Source of the DNA: a bacterium
Lineage (GTDB): Bacteria; Electryoneota; RPQS01
NCBI GenBank assembly: GCA_020846695.1
Contig: JADLDM010000187.1
Location: 1,010-65,009, forward strand
Length of the DNA: 64,000 bases
Direction of reading: 5' to 3'
The position numbers and the translations under genes are program-made. Shown here piece by piece: positions 10,304 through 20,800 of the stretch. Below the pieces are notes generated by a model. It saw nothing but the letters and a program-made list of their open reading frames with translations. It did no database searches and was not told the origin of the DNA. The number at the start of each line of letters is the position of its first letter. Within the stretch, counting starts at the first letter, position 1.

Positions 10304-13300
10304 TTGGACTTGTGCAACGTTTTTTATCGCGTGGATGGGGATCGCGCGATTCTGAAGACGACCTTGCGCGAGGATTGGAAGCAGAGCGGCTCGCTTGAGT
10401 GGACGATCGCACTCGACGGACGCGATCTGCGCGTGAAACCGGAGACCGCGCAGATGCTGGGCATTTCCCTTGAGCAGTATCGCGGCGTGTTTGAGCTTGC
10501 GATTCCGCTCAACGGCGCAAAGGGCGTGCTTGAGTCTGTCGTGATTTCGACTGGCGAAGATCGGATTGAGTGGTCGCGCGATACGCATCGTTCACTCGAC
10601 GGTTTGACCGGTAACTGCGCGTTTGTGCATCACGGAAATCAGGGCTTGACCTACACGGACGTCTTTCGCGGAAGCGGCTCGTCGAACGGTTTCGATGAAG
10701 TCCTGAGCATTCATGATACGCGAAATCTTCCCGGTAACTTTCATCTTTCAGGCACGCTGATTACGGCTGCCGATTGGTATGACAAGCCGTTTTTGCAGTG
10801 GATGCGTGATGGAATCGCCGAGGGTTGGCTCGCCGTGCTCACTTCCGCCTATGCGCAGCACATCATGCCCTTTGTCAATGACAATATGAATAACTGGGCA
10901 GTACATATCGAGCAGGAGTTGATCAGCGACAAACTTGGCTACGAAGCGCATGTCGCGTGGATTCCCGAGCGCGTGTGGTGCGCGCAGGGCATTTCGCCCG
11001 ATGCGGGACTCAGCGATCCTTGGCTCGGCGATAATTGGACACAGCACGGCGTGAACGCCGTTATACTTGACGACTGGCCTCATGTTTCCGGACACGAAAG
11101 CCGGCAGATACATTGGATGAACAACGGAGCCGGCATCACGCTCCGAGTGATTCCGATTACCGGCAGTTTCACGGGAAACTGTCACTACGATCCCGGCGCG
11201 GCTATCTCGCAAATTCAAGGAACCGGACAATACCGTATTGTTGTCTATGGAACCGATTGGGAAGCCGCAGCGGAGATGGCGGATTTCAGTTGCCCCAACT
11301 GTCTCGAAAACTACTCCCAAGTTGCCAATTGGGTCGCCGACAACATGCCCGCTGTCGAGTCATGGAAGCTCGATGCCGCGCTGAATAATCCTGACTTCAA
11401 CGGAACCGGAATCAACGTCGGCAACGGAACGTACGGATTGATCGGCGGAGATCAGGGGTACGGCGGAACCAATAACAGTTGGTACACTGATTGGGCGGGT
11501 ACCGCTTCACATTCGGATTATCATACACCATCTCCGTGGAACTACGGACAGATTTGGACGACGGTTTACAATCAAATTGTTGCCGCGCCCTCAAACAACC
11601 TTTCTGAAACCGCCTGGTACGTGATGATGACCAACCTGCACGAAACCGCGTGGCATGATTACATGGGCGGCCCGATCAGCGGTTGGGAACATCGCTACTC
11701 AAGTCACATCAAGAATGCCGCAGTCTATGCCGAAGCTGCTCGCTGGGCCGCTGGGCTCTACGCGACCACCTGCGCCGCCTTCTATTCGGACATTGATATA
11801 GACGGCATCAACGAGCTTGTGATTCACAATGATCGCGTGTTTGCGGTGTTTGAATCCATTGGCGGCCGCGCGCAGTACATCTTCTCGAAAGGCCCCGGCA
11901 GTGAGAACTTCTCGATTGTGGGAAGCTGCAACACTTATTGGGCGGAGACCGACGGCGACTACGACGAATCCGGTTCGAACAATCATCAGGCCGCATTCGC
12001 CGAAGTCAGCCCGCACTATCGCAACGACCTTTTCGCATTGAGCATTGACTCCAGTTCGACAAGCTATGCGAAGATTCGCCTGTCCTTCGGAGGAGTTACC
12101 AAGACCATCGAAGTTACGCCGGGCAATCCTTATCTCGACGTGCGTTACAGCGTGGGTGCGCAGGATTGCTACATCAAGCACGGCATCACGCCCGATCTGC
12201 TCAGTCTAATTTGGGATGCGGACATGGAGCGCGTCTATGATCCTTCGGTTGCTTACACCGGATTTCGCAATCCGAATGGCGGAGCAACAGGTGCGCTGAT
12301 TCTGGGTAACGGCGGCGCGACTCATAATCTCGAATTTTCCGGCACGCTCCTGCGCGGCGATGAAATCAAAGGCAGCAACGATTTCGGCTATCTGTTTTAT
12401 GCTGGGCCTACTTCACCCGCCGACCCGCAAGGGAACATCACGGAACTTGAAGCTCTTGCGGCGTTGAATCTGGATCACTTCGCACCGAAGCTGGATGCGC
12501 AAGCCGTGTTCATCAATGCGAACACCATCGAGGTCTCGTTTAATGAATCGGTCCATCAGACGCTCGCGCAAACACCGGCAAACTGGTCGCTATCCGGTTT
12601 CACGCAGAGCCACACGGTGACTGCCGCCGTGCGTCAATCCGATTGGAGGCGCGTGAGACTCACCGTGACTCCAAACCTCGCGGGTGGTCAGACCGGACTC
12701 GTCTCGGTGATCAATGTGCAGGACTTGAACGGCAACGCCGTCAATCCAAACTACGACACGGCGACGCTGAATACTCCGTCGGGCTTGACGCCGCATACGA
12801 TTGTGATTGACGGCATCAAAGATTTTGACGTAGCTAACGAGTGCCTGTTCGTCGGAACGGACACGCTGACAATTACGTGGGATACGTCTGCTCTTTACTT
12901 CGGTTACTGGAACAAAGACCTCGCGACGGGCGACTTTTTCATTGACATTGACACGAATCAGACGGTTGGCTCCGGCGCGGCGACAGATTCTTGGGGCAGA
13001 GTGAATCTTGCCAATCCCTATCGCATCGAATATCAGATTGCGATTGAGGGCGGACCCAACAACATCCAAATTAATCGCTGGAACGGTGCAAGCTGGGTCT
13101 TTCTGAATCATGGATCGCATGGCGCGACAAGCTACAATGGATGGTCTGGAAATCCGTTCACCGAAGTCCGCATTCCGTGGAGCGATTTGAACAATCCGAC
13201 CAAGATGGCGTTAGCCGTTCACCTCACACAGGAGAACACAACCACTACGACGCGCGCATTTCCGACTACAAATCCCACGGGCGTGATGGTAACGCTTTCG

Positions 13301-13603
13301 CAATTCTATTTACTCTTCCCGCCGCATACGTCCGGTCCGCTGCCAATCTTCGGAGCGCGCACGAAGAACATTCTTTCTGCGCCGCTGCAAGTCGCCGATT
13401 CGCTGGTGATTCAGCCAGTCGCGGGTGTGCCGCGCTTAACCTGGCCGATTGTTCCGCAGGCGCACACCTATGAAATATGGAGAGCGACGACTCCCGATGG
13501 TGTCTATTCGAAAATTGATGACACCGCTGCGACGACTTATGACGATTTGGCGCCTCCCGCCGATAAGGCATTTTATTACGTTATCGCGCGCGGCGGACTT
13601 TGA
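10304..13603 (+). CDS. Large secreted GH57-like glycoside hydrolase domain protein with a C-terminal Fn3-like module (N-terminus possibly interrupted, see 10178-10255)
   Basis: VHHGNQ resembles GH57 region I and HVAWIPERVW resembles the GH57 region III nucleophile motif. 1099 aa. The C-terminal ~60 aa are shared with three other large proteins in the window. Confidence 0.6.
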   Translation: MDLCNVFYRVDGDRAILKTTLREDWKQSGSLEWTIALDGRDLRVKPETAQMLGISLEQYRGVFELAIPLNGAKGVLESVVISTGEDRIEWSRDTHRSLDGLTGNCAFVHHGNQGLTYTDVFRGSGSSNGFDEVLSIHDTRNLPGNFHLSGTLITAADWYDKPFLQWMRDGIAEGWLAVLTSAYAQHIMPFVNDNMNNWAVHIEQELISDKLGYEAHVAWIPERVWCAQGISPDAGLSDPWLGDNWTQHGVNAVILDDWPHVSGHESRQIHWMNNGAGITLRVIPITGSFTGNCHYDPGAAISQIQGTGQYRIVVYGTDWEAAAEMADFSCPNCLENYSQVANWVADNMPAVESWKLDAALNNPDFNGTGINVGNGTYGLIGGDQGYGGTNNSWYTDWAGTASHSDYHTPSPWNYGQIWTTVYNQIVAAPSNNLSETAWYVMMTNLHETAWHDYMGGPISGWEHRYSSHIKNAAVYAEAARWAAGLYATTCAAFYSDIDIDGINELVIHNDRVFAVFESIGGRAQYIFSKGPGSENFSIVGSCNTYWAETDGDYDESGSNNHQAAFAEVSPHYRNDLFALSIDSSSTSYAKIRLSFGGVTKTIEVTPGNPYLDVRYSVGAQDCYIKHGITPDLLSLIWDADMERVYDPSVAYTGFRNPNGGATGALILGNGGATHNLEFSGTLLRGDEIKGSNDFGYLFYAGPTSPADPQGNITELEALAALNLDHFAPKLDAQAVFINANTIEVSFNESVHQTLAQTPANWSLSGFTQSHTVTAAVRQSDWRRVRLTVTPNLAGGQTGLVSVINVQDLNGNAVNPNYDTATLNTPSGLTPHTIVIDGIKDFDVANECLFVGTDTLTITWDTSALYFGYWNKDLATGDFFIDIDTNQTVGSGAATDSWGRVNLANPYRIEYQIAIEGGPNNIQINRWNGASWVFLNHGSHGATSYNGWSGNPFTEVRIPWSDLNNPTKMALAVHLTQENTTTTTRAFPTTNPTGVMVTLSQFYLLFPPHTSGPLPIFGARTKNILSAPLQVADSLVIQPVAGVPRLTWPIVPQAHTYEIWRATTPDGVYSKIDDTAATTYDDLAPPADKAFYYVIARGGL

Positions 13604-13655
13604 ACTAAGAATATTGTCTTGGCTATACGATACATGAATCTATAAGGAGAAGAAA

Positions 13656-16439
13656 ATGAAAAACTGGCGCAAAATGTTTCTACTCGCCGCAATTATGGCG
13701 GCAACAAGTGCCTTCGCAGTTCCAACCTTTACACCCGTCATAGACGGAGTAAAAGATGCAGGCTGGGGCAACGTACCCGACATCTCACCATCCTCACAGG
13801 CGCAGCCCATCACTTTCAATCTCGACAGTGGCCTGTATATCACAGATGATGCGGCAAATTTGTATTTCGGATTCTGGGGAACGCCTGATCCCTGGGATGA
13901 TGCCGCAAATGTGCACATTCATCTTCTAATTGACACCGGCACCGTCTCTGGTGCGCTGTCTGCTTGTTGGCCCCCGGTCGGAGTGAACTACGCAATGCCC
14001 AATCGCCCTGAGTACGCAATCATGATGCAATGGGGCGACTACTATGTCGGTGACACTGCCTCAATCGGAGAGAGCTTCGTCATGCGTTACAACGCGGGAT
14101 CTTGGTCGCAAGTGGAGCCCCAGATTGCTTTGGACGCAGGCGGATCCGATTCATGGACAGAAATCGCGGTTCCCAAGTCAAGAATCAACCGTCCGGTGGA
14201 AGGTCAGCCCATAAATATCAGCATGTGGCTGCGCCCCTCATTTTGGAACGCCACCTCCCCGGGTGGTGTTGCCTGTCTGCCTGCTCAAGCAAACTTCCCC
14301 TCAGATAATGGCGCCGTTTCTGGGAGGACTCTCACTGTACAACAGGCCTACATGATGCAGGTTGCCGCGAATGACACCGTTCGCCCGCGCATTCATCAGG
14401 TCAAGCAGATTGATCGAACCGGAGTCGAGATTCAGTTCAATGAACCGATGCTCGAGCAGACTTTGGGCAGCTCGCTGAACTATACAACCTTTGGCTGGCC
14501 ATTTAACGGGTCGCGCTATATCACCACGCAGAGTGTCGGAATCAACAACTTCGCAGGCTTCACGGCAGGAAACACATATTCGGTACTGTGTCTGCCCGGT
14601 ATTCGCGATATCTCCAGCAATTCGATTGATCCGGCATTTGATTCCGCAGGTTGGGTGGCGCCGACCTATGCTGATGTCACGTTCCGAGTGATTGACCAAA
14701 GCGCAACCCATGATTCTATCGAAATGAAGGGCTCGTTCAATTTCTATCACGAGCACGATAACTTCTGGGGCGGCGGCAACCAGATCATGTACGACAACGG
14801 CACCCACGGAGATGATGTTGCCGGAGACCACATCTTCACTCTGCTGTGGCCGCTTGTTCCGAGTCCAAACACTTATGAGTGGGGCTGCACTGACGAGCTT
14901 GACAGCTGGTTAGTCGTGGAAGGCAATCAGACATTCAATATTGCGGACGCAACTCCCATCACAGTAACCTACACGATTCCGAGCCTCACGATTCAGGATG
15001 TCACCGTGACTTTTCGCTGCGACATGCGCTGCGTTTTCGATCCGATTGACAGCGTAACTGTGGCCGGTGTCTTTGATAACTGGACCGGAGCGCTGATGAC
15101 CGACGCAAACTCTGACGACGTGTATGAATTGACGATCATCATTCCAGCAGGATCCTCACGCGCTCAAGAATACAAGTATCGTCGTCATGCCGATCTGGGA
15201 CAAACGTACTACGAGGACCCCATGCCGAATCGTGCGTTTGATATCACCGATGAGCAGACGGTCTATGATTTCGGCATTCAGCTTTTCGCCAACTACGAGT
15301 GCGTGCCCCGAATTCAAGAAGTGAGACAGATAGACCAAACAGGGGTCGAAATCCGATTTGACAAAGAGATGTCGGAACCGGCGCTCTCGATCTTGGCAAA
15401 CTACACAATGTTCGGCTGGGCGGCATCCAGCATTCGTTACACATCCCCCTACGTAGTTGCCTTCGAGTATCCGACCGGATTCGCTCCCAACGTTACGTAC
15501 TCCGTTCTATGCGGACAGAACATTACGGCTGTTGACAATACGCCGATTCACTTAGACTACGATTCAGCAGGCTGGATTGCTCCCGATTACGCCGACGTGA
15601 CATTTGAAGTAACCGATCAGACCGCGACTCACGATTCACTTCGCATTCGGGGATCGTGGAATTGGTTCCATGAATACGATGTGGCCTGGTCCGGTGGAAT
15701 AACGTGGCTCTACGATGACGGAACACACGGCGACGTAACCGCAGGCGATCACATCTTCACGACGGTTTGGGTGCTCGTTCCAAGCGCCACGGATTATGCC
15801 TGGGGAGTCGAAGATGAACTCGGTAACTGGCTGCTCGATGGTCCCGATCAGACCTTTAACTTGCCGGACAACAACGACGTCACGGTGACTTACACCATAA
15901 CCCAAGCGCAGGCGACGACGGCGGATGCAACCGTGACCTTCCTTTGTGATATGCAGTGTCAGCCGGCAGGCTATGATGCCGTGAATGTTGCCGGCACATT
16001 CAGCAGCTTCACGCCGGTTGCCATGACTGATGCTGACCTGAACGGACAGTACGAAATCGCGGTGGTGATTCCCGCCGGCTCACCAAGCTTGCAACAGTAT
16101 CTCTTCCTCAAACACACCGTCGAGGGAGATGTGGCCGAACCCATTGCGATTCGTCAATTCACAATTCTTCCCGGTCAGACAGAAGTGAATCTGGGCAACA
16201 AGTTCTTCGGCGATGAACTCTGCCAACCGACCAACCTCACTGTGTATCGAGTTGGTAATTCAATTGAGTTGCGCTGGAGCGGCCCCGATCGCGCAGCCTA
16301 TCAAGTGTGGGAGCGTGATGTGCCGGACCAGATTGCCGAGCTTGGCGCAATCCTTGGGACAACCTCAGCCAAGAGCTATTCCTACTCTCCGATCACACCT
16401 CTGAAGGCATTCTATCAAGTCAAGACCGTGATGCCTTAA
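13656..16439 (+). CDS. Secreted tandem-repeat alpha-glucan (starch) binding protein with two ~300-aa internal repeats containing CBM20/48-like modules
   Basis: AAGGAGA SD lies 8 nt upstream. Signal peptide MKNWRKMFLLAAIMAATSAFA. Repeat 1 (VRPRIHQVKQIDRTGVEIQFNEPM...) and repeat 2 (VPRIQEVRQIDQTGVEIRFDKEM...) are clearly homologous. VTFRCDM...VAGVFDNWTG...EYKY is a CBM20/48-like glycogen-binding pattern. Confidence 0.7.
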   Translation: MKNWRKMFLLAAIMAATSAFAVPTFTPVIDGVKDAGWGNVPDISPSSQAQPITFNLDSGLYITDDAANLYFGFWGTPDPWDDAANVHIHLLIDTGTVSGALSACWPPVGVNYAMPNRPEYAIMMQWGDYYVGDTASIGESFVMRYNAGSWSQVEPQIALDAGGSDSWTEIAVPKSRINRPVEGQPINISMWLRPSFWNATSPGGVACLPAQANFPSDNGAVSGRTLTVQQAYMMQVAANDTVRPRIHQVKQIDRTGVEIQFNEPMLEQTLGSSLNYTTFGWPFNGSRYITTQSVGINNFAGFTAGNTYSVLCLPGIRDISSNSIDPAFDSAGWVAPTYADVTFRVIDQSATHDSIEMKGSFNFYHEHDNFWGGGNQIMYDNGTHGDDVAGDHIFTLLWPLVPSPNTYEWGCTDELDSWLVVEGNQTFNIADATPITVTYTIPSLTIQDVTVTFRCDMRCVFDPIDSVTVAGVFDNWTGALMTDANSDDVYELTIIIPAGSSRAQEYKYRRHADLGQTYYEDPMPNRAFDITDEQTVYDFGIQLFANYECVPRIQEVRQIDQTGVEIRFDKEMSEPALSILANYTMFGWAASSIRYTSPYVVAFEYPTGFAPNVTYSVLCGQNITAVDNTPIHLDYDSAGWIAPDYADVTFEVTDQTATHDSLRIRGSWNWFHEYDVAWSGGITWLYDDGTHGDVTAGDHIFTTVWVLVPSATDYAWGVEDELGNWLLDGPDQTFNLPDNNDVTVTYTITQAQATTADATVTFLCDMQCQPAGYDAVNVAGTFSSFTPVAMTDADLNGQYEIAVVIPAGSPSLQQYLFLKHTVEGDVAEPIAIRQFTILPGQTEVNLGNKFFGDELCQPTNLTVYRVGNSIELRWSGPDRAAYQVWERDVPDQIAELGAILGTTSAKSYSYSPITPLKAFYQVKTVMP

Positions 16440-16458
16440 GGATTCGAAATACGGCATG

Positions 16459-16495
16459 AAAAAAGGGTCGCGATATTTCGCGGCCCTTTTCTTTT
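16459..16495. terminator. Bidirectional rho-independent terminator between convergent genes
   Basis: aaaaaGGGTCGCGatatttCGCGGCCCttttctttt. The GC stem is flanked by an A-run and a T-run. Confidence 0.5.
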
Positions 16496-16510
16496 CTCAA
16501 CACTTGAATT

Positions 16511-17857
16511 CTATCTTGTCAGCAACAGCGCTTCGCCCGGCTCAAGCGGCAACGACGTGTCGAGACCCAACGAGTAACTCTGATCACTCAAGACGTCATG
16601 CCAAGCGCCGCTCGCGCGCGAATCGGTCAATCGAAGTGAAATCGGCGTCGAGCTAAGATTGGCAATCACCATCACCTTCGCACTATCCTTTGTCCGTTGA
16701 AAACAGAAAGCTCGTTCAGGCTCCGAGTGCGAAATCACAACGAGGTCGCCGCCCTCCGCTCCGTTCAAGAGAGCAGGATGCGTGTGCTTCAACTCAAAGA
16801 GCTTACTATAGAAGAGCGTCCATTCACTCTCCTTCCATCCCACACTATCTTTGTCGAAGAACTTCAGCCTTCGATCAAGTCCCACTTCCTGACCTGTGTA
16901 CAACAGAGGAATGCCGGGGGAAGTCATCGCCAGCACGGCAAACGCTCTTGCCAGTGAACCGAAACGCTCAAACTCCGTTCCGTTCCAAGTGTTCTCGTCG
17001 TGATTGCTGGTGAAGTACATCCTGAACGCGTCGCGCGGATAGTCGGCTTCATTCTGAATAAAATAGGTTCCCAATTCTCCCGCAGGCCGCCTGCGCTGCG
17101 CCACGTCCACCATCGTATGAAAAAGATGCCAACCGTAACTTGCATCAAACGCCGAATGATACTCCGCAGCTTCATGTTCCGCCAGCATGAAGAGATGTTT
17201 GCTCTCGTTCAGCTTCGAATAGGCGTCTTTCCAGAAATCAAGCGGAACCATGCCCGCTACGTCGCAACGAAAACCGTCAATATCCGCTTCACGCACCCAG
17301 AACTGCATCGCGTCAATCATCCACGCGCGCAACTCTTGCGAATCGTAGTTCAAATCCGCAACATCAGACCAATCGGGAACCGGCGGAATCATCGCGCCCG
17401 ATGAATCACGCGTCATCCACTCGGGATGTTCGGTCACAATCGGATTGTCCCATGCGCAGTGATTGGCAACCCAGTCAATGATCACATGAAATCCCATCTC
17501 GTGACATTCTTTCACGAGCGCTTTGAAATCTTCGAGTGTTCCGAACTCGGGATTTAACGCGCGATAATCACGGACTGAGTAGTAGCTTCCCAAACTCCCT
17601 TTCCGGTTCTTCTCGCCAATCGGATTGATCGGCATGAACCAGAGAATATCCGCGCCGAGGTCTTTCAGTCGCGGAAGATGGGAACGAAAAGCGGCGATAG
17701 TTCCTTCCTCCGTGAACTGGCGAAGATTCACTTCATAGATCACCGCGTTGCGTGACCACTCAGGATGCGCGACAGACGGCGATTGTGCGCGCACGGCATT
17801 CGTATAGCTCATGGCTGCGAGCAAAATGAGAATTAGCAGACGAAAATAGCTCTGCAT
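16511..17857 (-). CDS. Secreted GH13 alpha-amylase
   Basis: Start at MQSYFRLLILILLAAMSYTNAVRA (signal peptide). GH13 regions are DWVANH, GFRCDVAGMVP, MLAEHE and FTSNHD. Confidence 0.85.
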   Translation of the reverse strand: MQSYFRLLILILLAAMSYTNAVRAQSPSVAHPEWSRNAVIYEVNLRQFTEEGTIAAFRSHLPRLKDLGADILWFMPINPIGEKNRKGSLGSYYSVRDYRALNPEFGTLEDFKALVKECHEMGFHVIIDWVANHCAWDNPIVTEHPEWMTRDSSGAMIPPVPDWSDVADLNYDSQELRAWMIDAMQFWVREADIDGFRCDVAGMVPLDFWKDAYSKLNESKHLFMLAEHEAAEYHSAFDASYGWHLFHTMVDVAQRRRPAGELGTYFIQNEADYPRDAFRMYFTSNHDENTWNGTEFERFGSLARAFAVLAMTSPGIPLLYTGQEVGLDRRLKFFDKDSVGWKESEWTLFYSKLFELKHTHPALLNGAEGGDLVVISHSEPERAFCFQRTKDSAKVMVIANLSSTPISLRLTDSRASGAWHDVLSDQSYSLGLDTSLPLEPGEALLLTR

Positions 17858-17867
17858 GGGCGAAGAT

Positions 17868-20800
17868 TTAGAATTGTGGTTCGATCCAATAGATAGCACG
17901 ATCCGAGACAATCGGATCGGAGTAATTTGTCGTGGTCGTCGTGCCAATCAATGTAGGCACGGCATCGGGCGCCGGCGCGCGCCAGATCTGATAGTAGGAT
18001 GCGGCAAACACAGCGGGCCAGCGTAACGTCACGTTTCCTCCGTTCGGATAGATCGTCACGTCACGCGCGGAAAGCGAAAGCTCAATCCACTCGCTTGCTT
18101 CGATGTTGCCGTTGGAGACAACCGCAGCAGGAACTTGTCCCGTCAACGCGCCGCCGTTTGCAGTTGCGTAGCGACCGATGCAAATATACGCGCGGTTGGG
18201 GTAACTTCCAAACTCATCTATCAGGTTCAGCGTTCCTTCCAACACCGCGCCCGTCGCAGAGCCAGTTCCACCGGTCGCATCAAACCAGCCGCGCCATCCG
18301 TTGTCCGCCTCTTCCGCAAGAAACGCGCTCCACGCTGCAACCTGCCCCGCCTTCGACCACGGAGCAGTCTGCATCGCGCCGGGCAGTGATGCGATCATCA
18401 GAAAACGATCCGCGCCTGTTCCCTGCGCGCGCTCGGTCGCAAGATACAGTTCACTTCCATTCCAATCGGCCCATAGATTGATTCCCGAAACAGTTCCCAG
18501 CAACGTCGAACTCGTCTCGAGCGTTCCATCCATCAGGAATCCACTTCCGCCCGTCGGTGTTGCGGGAATGTGCCAGTCGAGACCCGTGTTGTTATCCCAA
18601 TTCCCGAGATTATCCGTGAAGACAAAATCCACGGATGTTGCCGACATCGGAATCGTGTACGTATAATGCCAGACTTCCGCCGTGTCGTGGATCATCACCG
18701 GATTCGGATTCACTACTCCTTGCCAGCCGGAATGTCCGATGTGAATATAGAGTGGCGATGCGCCTTGCGGCAGCGTTCCCAAGTCCGCATTGTAGTAGAT
18801 CGTCACCTGATCGCCGCCGTGCAGCGTATCGGGATCCCACCACACTCGATCACCGCCGCCGCCGTTGCCCTGTCCCGTTCCGACGTAGGTGTGAAATATC
18901 TCCGAGCGGGAGACGTTGCCGAGTGAGTCCGTCGCTTCAACATAGTAATCCAAGAGCACGCCGCCCGCGTCGGTGACCTCCGAATCATTCAGATGATAGG
19001 TGTACTGCTGCGCGATGTAAGAAGGCAATTCCTCAAACACGATGTCGCCATAACCATAGGGATTGCCGGCGGGGAACACTCTTCTCGTCATCGCGCGCGA
19101 ACGCCACGCCGACACCTCCGCGCCGCCCGAGTACGTCTCATTCTGAAAGGACGACAGCGGATTCGCGCCGTCAAGATCAAGCCTGTAGTTCAGCGTCGCG
19201 TTCTGCACTCCACTCACATCCGAGATGAATGTCCACACGCGAAAATCTCTCGGATTCTGCACCTGCGTGTATCCGTGCAAAGGGCCGTAACCCGTCGCGC
19301 CCGGATTGTGCGGCCATTGCTGTGGACTCCAAATTGTCGGACCAACCGGATCACCGCCACCTTGCAGAATCTGATCCGCGTAATCCGTAGCTTCATTGCA
19401 AGCAACAACCGGTTTCTGCTCCATGTCCAAAATCGTGCCGTAATACATGTAGCCTGAATTCAAAGAGCCAAGGAGAAAATGCCACGCCAGATCAATCAAT
19501 CCCGGTGAATGCAAGCGCGGATCCTGAATCGCGGCAAGATTCGGAGCGCTGCCGATTGCTTCCGCAGTTACGACACGATTCGTCGCCGCGGTAATCACCG
19601 CCCAGTTGTGCGCGTCAATCGCCCAACCGTTGTCAATATCAATTTGACCGGACGAACTATGTAGCGGCCACAACCAATTGGGAAAATCAGGATCGCCGAA
19701 ATCGCCGTCCGCATTCACCCATGCGCCGTCTTCAACATGAACAACATCGTTCAGTGGAACCGCGTGATCTGCCAGATATTCAGGAACCGTCGTCGGTTCG
19801 TAACCGCGTGACACGGCTTGCGAAGTGAAATTCGGAACACTCTCCATATAATAGGAGTAGCCGCCGCCGAAGGCATTGTCTCCGTCGTGCCCGAGTACGA
19901 CCAGCATTGGACGACTCGGATCGTTCCACGAGGCAATCGCGTCTATGTCATTCGGCGAATAAGGCTGATAGCCGTCCCACCAACTCATCGCCATCGCAAC
20001 CGGAACCACAACAATCGAATCGGCAATTCCCGTAGAGGGATCAACATGTATCGCGCGATGCGGCTGAAAGGAAAATGGAACGGCATCAGTCGGCGAGCAG
20101 CCGCGACTGATATATTGCGTGTTCCAATTTGTCTGCGCGGAATTTACCTGATCCGCAAGATTGGGAGGATTGCAGTTCTCACCTCCGGTTCCAAGCGTCA
20201 ACGGAAAGTTCGAGCAGGCGCGCGAAAGATGCGTCGAAGAAATAAACGTCCACGTCAAGCCGCAATCGCGCAGAACTGGAATAATTCTCTCCGAGAAAGC
20301 AATCTCAGGCGGAAAGAATCCGGTGGAGGGTGCGGGCGAAGCTCCCCACACGCTTGCATAGACCTGCTGATAAATTTGTATATCCTTCTTCAATACCTGC
20401 GGATCAAGCAACGGCGCGAAACTGTGATGATAGGAAATCTGAGTCAACTCCATCTGCGGTCTTCCGCCCGATGTCGTCCAACTGCGCGCGGTCTGATTGT
20501 GCAAGTTCCACGAAGAGTTGTATCCCTGCTCATTGAACGCAGCCAGACTCCCCACGTTGCGCAGGAGACCGCCCGAGTAGGTTACCTGCGCACCGGCGTC
20601 CGCCCCACTCATCACGTCTATCGAGAGCTTGGGCCGATCCTGGTAGGCCGCCACGCGATCCGCTATCCCGAAGATCATGGCCACGTCATTTTCGGGATGC
20701 GGCCAGCCGCCGTTCCTCCGCAATATGGACTCGTGCGCCGTCTCGTAGCCGTTCCCATAGGTGGACTGGTCCGGCCAGTAGATCGGCTGTTCCATGTGCC

